From the NCBI RefSeq assembly GCF_000195755.1, contig NC_002937.3:210001-242000 (forward strand): a stretch of 32,000 bases of DNA. Reading direction: 5' to 3'. The translations under genes and the position numbers were made by a program. The notes under the pieces were generated by a model. The model did not search any database, was not told where the DNA came from, and worked only from the letters and a program-made list of their open reading frames with translations. This DNA comes from Nitratidesulfovibrio vulgaris str. Hildenborough. Lineage in GTDB: Bacteria; Desulfobacterota; Desulfovibrionia; Desulfovibrionales; Desulfovibrionaceae. Below, piece by piece: positions 1 through 8,784 of the stretch; the stretch's first letter is position 1, and the number at the start of each line of letters is the position of its first letter.

Positions 1-994
1 CGGCGATGTAGCCAGCGAAGCCCTTGGGGGCCTGCTGCTGCGTGGTGGTGGTGTAGCCCTTCATGACCTTGGCCACGATACCGGCGGTATCGGTGGCGGC
101 GATGATGGCTTCACGCACGCGCTTGTCCGCGAACTGGGGGAACTTCTTCTGGTTGAGCTGAATGGTGATGATGCGGGCGCTGGGCATGGTGATCAGTTCC
201 ACATCGGCATTCTTGGAAAGCTGGTCGTAGTCCTGCACGGGCACGGGCGAGATGAAGTCGACGTCACCCTTCAGGATGGCGGCCACGCGGGTGGCTTCGT
301 TCTTGATGGGGGTGAGTTCGATGGTGTCGACGTTGCCGCGCTTGCCCCAGTAGCCCTTGTTGGCCTTGAGGATGAGCTTCACGCCCTGTTCACGCTCGGC
401 CACGCTGTAGGGACCGGTGCCGGAGGCGTTGTCGTTGGCGAACGAGTAGCCGCTCTTCACGATGGCGTCCTTGGGCTGACCCTTGGCGTCGGTGCCAGTG
501 TAGAACTTGCTGTCCATCGGGAAGATGTAGGTGGCGAGGTTCATCACGAGGCCGTAGGGCTCGGTGGTGATGATGTCGATGGTGTTGTCGTCGATGACCT
601 TGGGCTCGGCGAACTTGATGAACAGGCCCTTGAAGTCGGGGGACTTCTTCAGGCGGTCGAGCGTCCATGCCACGTCCTTCGCGGTGAAGGGGTTGCCGCT
701 ATGGAACTTCACGCCCTTGCGCAGGTGGAAGCGCATGGTGGTGGGGTTGATCTGTTCCCACTTCTCGGCAAGGCGCGGCTCGAACTTCATGTCCGGGGTC
801 CAGCGTACCAGCGGGTCGAAGACCCAGTGCGAGTATGCCAGGATGGGGCCGGAAAGCTGCATGTGGGGGTCGAGGGACTCGGGGTCGGACGCCATGGCGA
901 TGCGGAAGGTCTTGCCTTCGGCAGCGTTGGCGATGCCGCCGAGGGCGAGCATGGCCGCAAGAGCCAGGGACAACAACGCGATGAGACGCTTCAT
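1..994 (-). CDS. ABC transporter periplasmic substrate-binding protein, family 5 (peptide/nickel/opine type); C-terminus lies beyond the window edge
   Basis: Own translation of the minus strand from ATG 994..992 gives MKRLIALLSLALAAMLALGGIANAAEGKTFRIAMASDPESLDPH...KGYWGKRGNVDTIELTPIKNEATRVAAILKGDVDFI...KGFAGYIA. The frame stays open to nt 2. It has a signal-peptide-like N-terminus and GGAGG (1001-1005) 6 nt upstream. It is absent from the ORF track because there is no stop in the window. Confidence 0.85.
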   Translation of the reverse strand, partial: MKRLIALLSLALAAMLALGGIANAAEGKTFRIAMASDPESLDPHMQLSGPILAYSHWVFDPLVRWTPDMKFEPRLAEKWEQINPTTMRFHLRKGVKFHSGNPFTAKDVAWTLDRLKKSPDFKGLFIKFAEPKVIDDNTIDIITTEPYGLVMNLATYIFPMDSKFYTGTDAKGQPKDAIVKSGYSFANDNASGTGPYSVAEREQGVKLILKANKGYWGKRGNVDTIELTPIKNEATRVAAILKGDVDFISPVPVQDYDQLSKNADVELITMPSARIITIQLNQKKFPQFADKRVREAIIAATDTAGIVAKVMKGYTTTTQQQAPKGFAGYIA

Positions 995-1067
995 GCGGAA
1001 CCTCCAGAAAAGGTGTGTGCAACACGGCAACGCGCCGGGAATGCCCGCCCCGACGCATGGTTGCCAC

Positions 1068-1087
1068 GGTCACGTGACCGTATTCAC
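1068..1087. promoter_or_regulatory. Perfect 12-bp palindrome GGTCACGTGACC plus flank (GGTCACGTGACCGTATTCAC); operator-like site in the divergent region between the binding-protein gene and the MCP gene
   Basis: Read directly. It lies 74-93 nt upstream of ATG 994. The 16-mer ACGTGACCGTATTCAC (1072-1087) recurs 15/16 at 13127-13142 in the modA/tunR intergenic region. Confidence 0.5.
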
Positions 1088-1426
1088 AAGATAACACTCC
1101 TGTAAATCATCCGCCCCGCACCCCGTCAAGGGGGATGGCAGCCAAATATGCAGAATGCCGCTGACGGGCCGATGAGGGAAGGTCTTTTCCGAGTTGACGA
1201 CGTGTGCGCAGGGCAGTGTCGCGGTCGTATGTGTGAGAGATGCTTTCGAATGCTGACGAGTCGCATCGACTGTGGCCCTTGGCGCACCGGGAATCCGTGC
1301 CTGCATCGTGTCATCAATGGTGGCAGGCGGGTACATTGCATCCGCTGTTTTTCGCCAAACCTATAATTGTCGACGCCTCAGGTCGGGGTTGCTTGTACAA
1401 AGTCATCATCGCCCCGGGGAGGCATC

Positions 1427-3496
1427 ATGAAAGGATCCAGAGTCATCACAGCTGCCTTTGTCGTTCTGGTTCTGACCCTCATTGGCACGGTGCTGTTGCA
1501 TGTGCAGGTCGAACGCTACCACGCGCAACGCGAAACCGCGGCCGAAGGGTTGATGCAGGTCAGTGCCGAAGGCAGCCGTCTCGTCCAGTTCTATGGTTCT
1601 GGCAAGGATGCGGGTGAAGGTGCGGGCGTGGCGACGCTTGAGCGGAAGGTCTCCTCGCTGCGCGCTTCGCTGCGTGGGCTTCATGAAGGGCGCGAGAACC
1701 CCGATTTGGCCGCTTCTCTCGGTTCGTTGGCGGAACAGGTGCAGGGCCTCAAGGTCGCCATGGAATCCGCCGCCCGACCGGAAGAGATGCTTCGGCGTAC
1801 GGCCGACCTCTCACAGGCAGCGGCACGCGCCGAGAATCTCGTCGACAAGGCTATAGAAGGCCGCGTCGGATGGATGTCGCGGCTTGAAGGGGCCATGCTC
1901 TTCGTGACGTTCTTGGGCGTGGTACTGGCGGCGTTTCTCCTGCAATGGCGGGTCTTCAGGCCATTGTCCATGGTCGAGGCCTACGCGCGCGAACCCAACG
2001 GTGAGCGGCTGGCGCTCGGACGTGGCGTGGCCCGTGGGGTTGCCGCCATGGGGGCGGCTGTGGATGACATGCACCGCGACCGGGACAGGGCCCTTGAGAA
2101 CGCCGAGCGTGAGCTTGAAGCGTTGAGGGCAGAGAAACGGGCGCTGGAGGAGCCCTTGCGCCGTGCGGAGGAACAGGAACGCATGGTGGCGGCCCTCATG
2201 AAGGGCATGAAGGATGCGGCGTCACGGGCTGGGGGTGTGTCTGAAGGGGTCTTCGGGGCCGTCGAGGAGATGAACGGCTGGATAGAGAGGGTGAACCGGG
2301 GCATCGAGGTGCACCATTCACGTATGGGGCAGGTCTCGGAAGCCATGGACGAGATGAACGTCGCCTCCGTCGAGGTGGCCCGCAACTCCGGTGGCGCGGC
2401 CCGGTCGGCTGAAAGTGCCCGCACTCTTGCCGGAACAGGTGCCGACCGGGTGCGCGAGGCACTGGATGCCATCAGCGCCATGCAGCGCAGGGTACTGGAG
2501 TTGCGCGATACCATGGGTGAACTCGGGCATCGTGCCGAGGCCATCGGACGCATCATGGACGTCATCAACGACATCGCCGACCAGACGAACCTGCTTGCCC
2601 TCAACGCCGCCATCGAGGCCGCCCGTGCGGGTGAGGCGGGGCGCGGCTTTGCCGTGGTAGCCGACGAAGTGCGCAAACTCGCCGAGAAGACCATGGGTGC
2701 CACCAAGGAGGTGGGCGACGCCGTGCAGGCCATGCAGAGTCAGGCGCGCACGAGCATCGCGGGTGTCGAGGAGGTGGGACGCCAGATGGAAGGTACGGCG
2801 GCCGCTGCGGAGGGGGCGGGCGGCGCCATGGGCGAGATAGTCGGTGTGGTGGAACAGACGTCGATGCAGGTGGGCGCCATCGCCACGGCGGCGGAACAGC
2901 AGGCGGCGGGGCTTGAGAGCATCAGCGAGGCCATCGGCGAGATATCGCGGGTGGCGGGCGAGACCGCAGAGAGTATGCGCCAGTGTACACGCGCGTTGCA
3001 GGGCATCGGGTCGCGCATGGAGGAACTCGATACGGTGGTGCAGTCCATGGCCGAAGGCCGTGTCGGTCTCGCCGGGGGCGGCGACAAGCTGTTCGAGTGG
3101 GATGATGCGCTGAACATAGGGGTGGCAGACGTGGACCCGCAGCACAAGGTGCTGGTGGACCTCATCAACGAGGTCTATGCCGCAATGAAGGCGGGGGCGG
3201 ACAGGTCAGTGCTGCAGGACATCGTCAGGAGGCTTCGCGAATACACCGTAAAGCACTTCACCTACGAAGAGGGTGTCCTGCACACGTCCATGCGGTACCC
3301 GGACATGCAGGCGCACCTCAAGCAGCACAGGGCGTTCGTCGAACGCATCGCGCAATTCGAAGAGGCGCTGGGCAGCGGCCGTGTGACGCTGGACATGGAG
3401 ATGATGCGCTTCCTGAAGAACTGGCTGAAGCAACATATCATGGGAACGGACAAGAAATATGTGCCATACTTCAACGGAGATGGCACACCGAAATAG
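1427..3496 (+). CDS. Methyl-accepting chemotaxis protein with C-terminal hemerythrin-like domain (DcrH-like)
   Basis: ORF track 1367..3496 (TTG start). I prefer ATG 1427 ([22 protein letters not shown] helix), preceded by GGGGAGG at 1416-1422. MCP signalling core: [43 protein letters not shown]-terminal hemerythrin signature: [27 protein letters not shown]...HFTYEEGVL...[11 protein letters not shown]...[24 protein letters not shown] hexamer sits at 1362-1367. Confidence 0.9.
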   Translation: MKGSRVITAAFVVLVLTLIGTVLLHVQVERYHAQRETAAEGLMQVSAEGSRLVQFYGSGKDAGEGAGVATLERKVSSLRASLRGLHEGRENPDLAASLGSLAEQVQGLKVAMESAARPEEMLRRTADLSQAAARAENLVDKAIEGRVGWMSRLEGAMLFVTFLGVVLAAFLLQWRVFRPLSMVEAYAREPNGERLALGRGVARGVAAMGAAVDDMHRDRDRALENAERELEALRAEKRALEEPLRRAEEQERMVAALMKGMKDAASRAGGVSEGVFGAVEEMNGWIERVNRGIEVHHSRMGQVSEAMDEMNVASVEVARNSGGAARSAESARTLAGTGADRVREALDAISAMQRRVLELRDTMGELGHRAEAIGRIMDVINDIADQTNLLALNAAIEAARAGEAGRGFAVVADEVRKLAEKTMGATKEVGDAVQAMQSQARTSIAGVEEVGRQMEGTAAAAEGAGGAMGEIVGVVEQTSMQVGAIATAAEQQAAGLESISEAIGEISRVAGETAESMRQCTRALQGIGSRMEELDTVVQSMAEGRVGLAGGGDKLFEWDDALNIGVADVDPQHKVLVDLINEVYAAMKAGADRSVLQDIVRRLREYTVKHFTYEEGVLHTSMRYPDMQAHLKQHRAFVERIAQFEEALGSGRVTLDMEMMRFLKNWLKQHIMGTDKKYVPYFNGDGTPK

Positions 3497-3568
3497 CCAG
3501 CAACACGCTTCGGAGGAGCATTCTCTGACGGGGCGCACGGGCGGGTGTTCCGGGGAACATCCGGGAAA

Positions 3569-3592
3569 GGGCCGGGACGTTTGTTCCGGCCC
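3569..3592. terminator. Hairpin GGGCCGG-N10-CCGGCCC between convergent genes (possible bidirectional terminator)
   Basis: A 7-bp GC stem read directly. It lies between the MCP stop (3496) and the lyase stop (3725). There is only a weak T tract (TTTCCC) on the minus strand. Confidence 0.35.
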
Positions 3593-3724
3593 TGCACGTC
3601 ATGGGCATACGACTCTGCTGAACGGCGTATGAGCGACTACCCGCGCCGCAGAAGGCAACCGCCACACCCGGTCGTGTACGTCCGGTGGTTGCTCCTCTTG
3701 GGGTGTCTCTACGGGTGTCGTGCC

Positions 3725-4906
3725 TCAGGCGAGTCCTACGATCATGCGGGCTATGGCCGCCGAAAGTCTTGTGCGTGGCGTGGCGAGGTTGACGCGCAGG
3801 TGCCCTTCGCCTCCGGTACCGAAGAATCTGCCACCACTCGGCACGACACCTGCGGCGACGAGGCGACGCATCATCGTGGTCTCGTCCATGCCCGATGCCC
3901 TGCAGTCGAGCCATGCCAGATAGGTTCCTTCCAGCGTTGCCATGCGCACCCATGGGAGATGGCTGTGCAGTCTATCCTGCAACATGGCGGCGTTGTCGGC
4001 GATGTACATCCGCAAGGCGTCCAGCCACGGTGCGCCGTGCCTGTGGGCCGCCTCCTGCGCGACCATCCCGAAGAGGTCGCCGTGTGCGAGGCCGCGCCCG
4101 ACCACGGCATGGGCGATTCGCTGGCGTAGTGCCCCGTCTGTGGCGACGACATAGGCGTGGGGCAGACCCCCGAGGTTGAAACTCTTGCTGGCCGAAACAC
4201 AGGTGACGACCCGGTCCGGCTGGCATTGCGGCAGCGAGGCGAAGACCGTGTGCGTATGGCCCGGCAGGACGAGGTCGTGGTGTATCTCGTCTGCCACAAC
4301 CATCACTCCGTAGCGCTGGCACAGGTCGGCAAGGGCGGAGAGTTCGTCGCGGGTCCAGACCCGGCCCACGGGATTGTGCGGGCTGCACAGCAGTAGCAGG
4401 CGAACGCCGCCTTTGAAGATGCCCTCCAGCCCACCAAGGTCCATGCCCCATCGTCCGTCCGTCTCAACCAGCGGATTCTCGACGACCCTTCGACCGGCAG
4501 CCCTCACGCAATCGAAGAGGGGCGGGTAGACGGGCGGCTGCACGGCCACGCCGTCGCCGGGGGCCGTGAGTTCGCGGATGAGCAGGGCCATTCCGGGCAC
4601 CACGCCCGGCACCGTGACGAGCGACTCCTTGCCGGGTGCCCAGCCGTGGCGGTCTGCCAGCCATGTTGCCGCTGCCTCGCGAGGTGCCGAGGATTCGGCC
4701 GGGTAGCCGTAGATGCCCTGTGCCGCCACGTCCTTCACCGCGTTCTGCACGGCTTCGGGGGCGTGGAAGTCCATGTCCGCGACCCATAGGGGAATGGCAT
4801 TCTGCGGCACAGGGCCGAAGATGCGCTCCATGTCGTCCCATTTGAGACTGCCCGTTCCGGTGCGGTCGATGAGTGTATCGAAGGTGTGGTCGAAGGCGGT
4901 GGACAT
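3725..4906 (-). CDS. PLP-dependent C-S lyase / cystathionine beta-lyase of the MalY/PatB aminotransferase class I/II family
   Basis: ORF track, 393 aa. Diagnostic stretches: DRTGTGSLKWD, PLWVADMDFHAPEAV, LLLCSPHNPVGRVWTRDEL, VVADEIHHDLV, and the PLP-lysine context SASKSFNLGG. Confidence 0.85.
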   Translation of the reverse strand: MSTAFDHTFDTLIDRTGTGSLKWDDMERIFGPVPQNAIPLWVADMDFHAPEAVQNAVKDVAAQGIYGYPAESSAPREAAATWLADRHGWAPGKESLVTVPGVVPGMALLIRELTAPGDGVAVQPPVYPPLFDCVRAAGRRVVENPLVETDGRWGMDLGGLEGIFKGGVRLLLLCSPHNPVGRVWTRDELSALADLCQRYGVMVVADEIHHDLVLPGHTHTVFASLPQCQPDRVVTCVSASKSFNLGGLPHAYVVATDGALRQRIAHAVVGRGLAHGDLFGMVAQEAAHRHGAPWLDALRMYIADNAAMLQDRLHSHLPWVRMATLEGTYLAWLDCRASGMDETTMMRRLVAAGVVPSGGRFFGTGGEGHLRVNLATPRTRLSAAIARMIVGLA

Positions 4907-4988
4907 CCGGCAGCATCCTTGTGCGAGGTGTTCGGTCGAAAGTGCGGAAGGCTATCCTGTCGCGGGCCCGAGGAAAAGAGGCGAAAGC

Positions 4989-5399
4989 GGGGCTTGCTGG
5001 AGACGGCATCCGTTCGCTGTCGGCAGGGGTGAACCCTGCCTGCTCACGTCGCCGCTCTCTGTCGTCGTGTCCGGCAGAGAGAAGGCCCGCGACGCCTATC
5101 GTCGCGGTCATGACAGGATGGCAACCCCCTTGGCGGGGCTTGCCGGAGACGGCATCCGTTCGCTGTCGGTAGGGGTGAACCCTGCCTGCTCACGTCGCCG
5201 TTCTCTGCCGTCGTGTCCGGCAGAGAGAAGGCCCGCGACGCCTATCGTCGCGGTCATGACAGGATGGCAACCCCCTTGGCGGGGCTTGCCGGAGACGGCA
5301 TCCGTTCGCTGTCGGCAGGGGTGAACCCTGCCTGCTCACGTCGCCGTTCTCTGCCGTCGTGTCCGGCAGAGAGAAGGCCCGCGACGCCTATCGTCGCGG
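4989..5399. repeat. Tandem direct repeat, 146-bp unit x 2.8 copies (4989-5134, 5135-5280, 5281-5399), hairpin-rich, non-coding
   Basis: Read directly. Copies 1 and 2 differ at 4 positions; copies 2 and 3 differ at 1. Each unit contains CCGCGACG-CCTAT-CGTCGCGG, CTGCCG-N7-CGGCAG, CAGGG-GTGAA-CCCTG and a unit-junction hairpin GGCAACCCCC-TTGGC-GGGGCTTGCC. A degenerate partial unit precedes copy 1 (about 4950-4975). Confidence 0.95.
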
Positions 5400-5402
5400 G
5401 CC
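5376..5402 (-). terminator. Hairpin GGCCCGCGACG-CCTAT-CGTCGCGGGCC at the end of repeat copy 3; likely terminator of the oxidoreductase operon
   Basis: An 11-bp perfect stem lies 82 nt downstream of the Fe-S gene stop (5484). On the minus strand it is followed by TTCTCTCT. Shorter 8-bp versions occur in copies 1 and 2. Confidence 0.5.
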
Positions 5403-5483
5403 TTACGCCTGTGGGAGGGCGTTGTTGCGGGAACAATGACCGAGGTGTGCAGGGCACGCCTCGGGGGTGGTCTATGGGCAGGA

Positions 5484-6485
5484 TCAGGCCTGCCGGCTGA
5501 AGGCGGCCACCGCATCGCGGACGGCGTCGGGGCCTGCTGGGCAGGCTTCGTGCACGACAAGGCGCACCCCGGCATCCGCACAGGCCCGGGCGAGGTCGGC
5601 GAGGCCCGTGGCGGGGATTTTGCCGTCCTCATGGCTGGCGCACATCGTCGGGGGGCAGGCGAAGACGAGAAGGGCCTTCAGTCCTGCGGCAAGGAACTTC
5701 GGAAGCGACTTGGCGGCAAAGCGACGGGCGCAGCGCACCTTGCGCAGCATGGTCTGTGGCGGCAGGGGCACGTCACCGAGGTCGGGGCGCAGGCGGGCGT
5801 CCGAAAGGGCCATGCCCTGCGGGATGCAACCTGCCTCGTACGGCGTTGGCAGGGCGTCGTCGAGGGCCTGACACAGCACTACGAGGGTCTGCACCTCTCC
5901 TGCGGCGATGGCCTTCTCCACATCACCGAGGCGCGGCTGCCGCTGACCTTTCGGGGCGGGGGGCATGGAGGCAGGCACCGGGCGCGCCGCCACCTTGCGC
6001 ACGGCGTCGATGCCGGTACAGGGCAGGGATGCGCCCACCTCTGCGGAAACCAGTTCAAGGGCGTGTGTGGTGCAGGCGGTGACGCAGGCGGGTCGCAGCC
6101 CGGCGTCGAGACGGTCGCGGCACAGGTCGCATTTGACGGCCTTTTCGGTGACGGGGTTCCATTGCGGTACGCGCCACGGGCAGGCGGTGATGCACGCCTT
6201 GCAGCCGACGCACGTGTCCGCGTCGATGGCGACGATGCCGTCGCTTTCGCGCTTGGCGATGGCCCCTGTGGGGCAAACGGGAACGCACCACGGTTCGTCG
6301 CACTGGAAGCAGGGCATGAACATGGTGCGGATGTCGGGCCTGCCGTCCACGTCGTGCGGTCCGGAGGCGATGTGCATGCCCAGACGCGCCCCGACGGGGA
6401 CGTTGTTGGCGACCTTGCAATGCACCTCGCACGCCTTGCAGCTGATGCAGCGGTCCTGGTCGGTGACGATACAGTATCTGCTCAT
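5484..6485 (-). CDS. 4x[4Fe-4S] ferredoxin-type electron-transfer subunit (DmsB/PsrB/PhsB-like) with an approximately 180-aa extra C-terminal domain
   Basis: ORF track, 333 aa. Cys clusters: CISCKACEVHCK, CFQCDEPWCVPVCPTGA, CVGCKACITACP, CDLCRDRLDAGLRPACVTAC. GGAGG lies 5 nt upstream of ATG 6485. Only 9 nt separate it from the upstream catalytic gene, so the two form an operon. Confidence 0.85.
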   Translation of the reverse strand: MSRYCIVTDQDRCISCKACEVHCKVANNVPVGARLGMHIASGPHDVDGRPDIRTMFMPCFQCDEPWCVPVCPTGAIAKRESDGIVAIDADTCVGCKACITACPWRVPQWNPVTEKAVKCDLCRDRLDAGLRPACVTACTTHALELVSAEVGASLPCTGIDAVRKVAARPVPASMPPAPKGQRQPRLGDVEKAIAAGEVQTLVVLCQALDDALPTPYEAGCIPQGMALSDARLRPDLGDVPLPPQTMLRKVRCARRFAAKSLPKFLAAGLKALLVFACPPTMCASHEDGKIPATGLADLARACADAGVRLVVHEACPAGPDAVRDAVAAFSRQA

Positions 6486-6494
6486 GATGTCCTC

Positions 6495-8591
6495 CTACCT
6501 GACCCCTGCTTTGCGGACAGTGACGAAGTGCTCTTGCAGCGAGACGCAGCCGCCCGACTTGTCATACACCGAGAGGCCCCCCGGCATGAGGTCCTGGTCG
6601 GCCACGCCGCGTCCGTAGGCACGCGACTCCACGGGCAGGCGGTGGCCGAAGCCGTGAATCATGAACAGTGCCTCGGGATGGACGTAGGGGGTGACCGTGA
6701 CAGGCATGATCCCCGCACTGCCGCGTGCAGAGAAGACCTCTACGAGGTCGCCGCAGGCGATGCCCAGCGCGGCGGCGCGTGTGGGGTGCATCCATGCGGT
6801 GTTCTCGGGCATCTGCTCATGCAGCAGCGGGTTGTTGACGGTGTGCCCCTGCGTGTGCAGGGCGCATCGCCCGAAGGCGACCCTGAAGCCGTCTTGCGGC
6901 GGATGCGCCGGAGAGACGTACGGGGGCAGCGTGTCCAGCCCCGCCTTGGCCCATTTGCCGCTGACCATTTCAATCTTGCCGCTGGGCGTGGGGAAGGTGA
7001 ACCCTTCGATGTCGCGGTAGAGGGGCTTGTCGGCAAGTTCGACGAACCCTTTGGCGTCGAAGTCGGCGATGGAGACCCCGGTGCCGTCAAGCTGGTAGTT
7101 CCACATGTCCTCGATGGAGTCGAAGGCCAGTGCGTCGATGCCCAGTCTGCGCGAAAGGCCGCTGATGATCTCCCACTCGGCCCTTGAGTCGGCCACGGGT
7201 TGCATCGCCCGCTTGCGGACGAAGAACTGCGGCTTGAGTCCGCCCTTGTGGGCGACGACGGACTCGCGCGAGAGGTAGGTGGACAGGGGCAGCACCACGT
7301 CGGCGAACCATGCGGTGTCAGACCACGAGAAGGTGACGCTCACCAGCAGGTCGAGGTGGTCGAGTTTGCGGCGCAGGGTATCCGGGTCTGGCATGGCCAT
7401 GAGCGGGTCGTGCCGGTAGCAGATGTAGGCCTTCACCGGGTACGGGTCGCCGCTTTCGATGGCGTCGTAGGCGAAGTTGACGATGCCGGGCCCCGCATCG
7501 AACTGCGTGTGCCGCCAGCCCACGCCATCGGCGCGCTTCTCGTCGGGTTTGGGCAGCAGGTCGACGAACTTCTTCAGCCCCTTGCGCCCCACGTCCTTGG
7601 CCGTGTTGGCCAGCGGCAGGCCACCCTTCGCACCGATGGCGCCCATCAGTGCGTTGATGATGTAGGCCGTGCGCGACACCATGAACGAATCGTTGTAGCG
7701 GGCGGTCATCCAGCCCGGGTGCCAGACGACGTGCGGTGCCGCCTCCGCCAGCTTGCGGGCGAAGTCCGTGATGGCAGCCGCGGCGATGCCGGTCTCGCCT
7801 TCGGCCCATGCGGGGGTGTAGGGGGCGACGAAGGTGCTGAGGGCGTCGAATCCGTCGACATGTCGCTCGACATAGGCCGCGTCGTACAGCTTCTCACCGA
7901 TGAGCACGTTGATGACGGCGAGGTTGAAGGCGTAGTCCGTGCCGGGGCGTACCATGAAGAAATCGTGGGCCTTGCTGGACGAGACCGTTGCCCTGATGTC
8001 GATGACGCTGAGTCGGCACCCGTTGCCGAGGGCGTCGAGGACGGCGTTGGCCTCACCCACGTTGATGGCTTCGAGGATGTTGCGGGTCTGGAGTACGATG
8101 TGCTTGCAGTTGCGGAAGTCGTACACGACCTCCTTGCGGCCCATGCCGGTGACGGAACGGCAGGCGTGCTGCACGTTGCGGGCGCACGAGGCGTCGTGGT
8201 TGCAGTAGTTGGGCGACCCGAGACCGCGCACGAAGGCCTGATGCAGGTCCATGAACGGGCCCCCGCGGTCTGACCACAGGATGCTGCGGCCCCCGTGTTC
8301 GGCGGTGACGATCTTCAGGCGGCTGGCGATATGGTCGAGGGCCTCGTCCCATGAGGCTTCGCGCCACTTGCCCTCACCGCGCGCACCGACCCGGATGAGG
8401 GGGCGCAGCGGGCGTTCGGGGTCGTTCTCCAGCGCGATGCCGGCCGCCCCGCGGGCACAGAGTGCGCCCTTGAGGGCCGAGTGCGGGTTGCCCTGTATCC
8501 AGCGGGCCTTGCCATCCTCAACATCGACCATGATGGGACAGCGTACGCTGCACATGCCGCATACGCTGTACACGCTACGTCTTTCTGCCAT
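6495..8591 (-). CDS. Molybdopterin (Mo/W-bisPGD) oxidoreductase catalytic subunit, PhsA/PsrA-like, no Tat signal
   Basis: ORF track 6495..8720. I prefer ATG 8591 (MAERRSVYSVCGMCSVRCPIMV...), preceded by GGAGGAGAGG directly upstream. It has the N-terminal CxxCxxxC...C [4Fe-4S] motif typical of the MopB family. No twin-arginine motif appears in either start variant. Confidence 0.85.
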   Translation of the reverse strand: MAERRSVYSVCGMCSVRCPIMVDVEDGKARWIQGNPHSALKGALCARGAAGIALENDPERPLRPLIRVGARGEGKWREASWDEALDHIASRLKIVTAEHGGRSILWSDRGGPFMDLHQAFVRGLGSPNYCNHDASCARNVQHACRSVTGMGRKEVVYDFRNCKHIVLQTRNILEAINVGEANAVLDALGNGCRLSVIDIRATVSSSKAHDFFMVRPGTDYAFNLAVINVLIGEKLYDAAYVERHVDGFDALSTFVAPYTPAWAEGETGIAAAAITDFARKLAEAAPHVVWHPGWMTARYNDSFMVSRTAYIINALMGAIGAKGGLPLANTAKDVGRKGLKKFVDLLPKPDEKRADGVGWRHTQFDAGPGIVNFAYDAIESGDPYPVKAYICYRHDPLMAMPDPDTLRRKLDHLDLLVSVTFSWSDTAWFADVVLPLSTYLSRESVVAHKGGLKPQFFVRKRAMQPVADSRAEWEIISGLSRRLGIDALAFDSIEDMWNYQLDGTGVSIADFDAKGFVELADKPLYRDIEGFTFPTPSGKIEMVSGKWAKAGLDTLPPYVSPAHPPQDGFRVAFGRCALHTQGHTVNNPLLHEQMPENTAWMHPTRAAALGIACGDLVEVFSARGSAGIMPVTVTPYVHPEALFMIHGFGHRLPVESRAYGRGVADQDLMPGGLSVYDKSGGCVSLQEHFVTVRKAGVR

Positions 8592-8784
8592 CCTCTCCTC
8601 CGCGGTGTGCCCGACATCGTGCCGGGAGTGGTCGCACGGGGCGTGGTGGCCCGATGCGTGTCGCAGGACATCATCATGTGGTGCGTAGCACCACATAGCC
8701 CCGACCCTTGTGTCCCGCAAGATTCCATGCGGTTGCGAAATGCGTCACATCCTGCACAAGAAAGTGTCCTACATGAGACATGTT

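Noticed and set aside
4989-5399. CRISPR array as an explanation of the tandem repeats (also for 8879-8926).
   Set aside because: The units are directly adjacent with no unique spacers. The 146-bp unit is far too long, and no cas genes are present.
5436-7187. Very long ORFs antisense to or overlapping the called genes. Examples are 5436..7187 +, 7200..8273 +, 9321..11114 +, 1981..2733 -, 2318..3145 -, 12020..12760 +, 17333..18283 +, 19919..20662 -, 24448..25572 -, 26094..27557 -, 28669..29697 - and 30005..31378 -.
   Set aside because: These are typical high-GC shadow ORFs. Their translations are Arg/Gly/Ala/Pro/His-rich with no recognisable motifs. Each overlaps a frame that carries clear family signatures and a Shine-Dalgarno sequence.
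8611-8627. A sigma-54-like CGGCACG-N6-GGCA on the minus strand just upstream of the oxidoreductase ATG.
   Set aside because: The GG-GC spacing is 13 instead of 12, the -12 is GGGCA rather than TTGCA, and the implied TSS would fall on the Shine-Dalgarno sequence.
8592-8720. N-terminal extensions offered by the ORF track (1367, 8720, 11012, 15635, 17345, 25575, 28648, 29426, 31429).
   Set aside because: In each case an internal ATG is preceded by a GGAGG-type SD at proper spacing, or overlaps the upstream stop (ATGA/ATGCATGA). The extension encodes low-complexity sequence that is absent from the family N-terminus. The track also uses TTG/GTG as first starts.
6495-8720. A Tat/periplasmic targeting signal on the molybdopterin oxidoreductase, which would support a classical thiosulfate/polysulfide reductase.
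   Set aside because: Neither the short start nor the 43-aa longer start contains an S/T-R-R-x-F-L-K-like motif or a hydrophobic h-region.
8592-8780. A Moco/Tuco riboswitch in the oxidoreductase leader.
   Set aside because: I could not find the conserved Moco-motif junction sequences as I remember them. The CACTCC...GGAGG pairing encloses only about 25 nt, which is far too short. A covariance-model search is needed before any claim.
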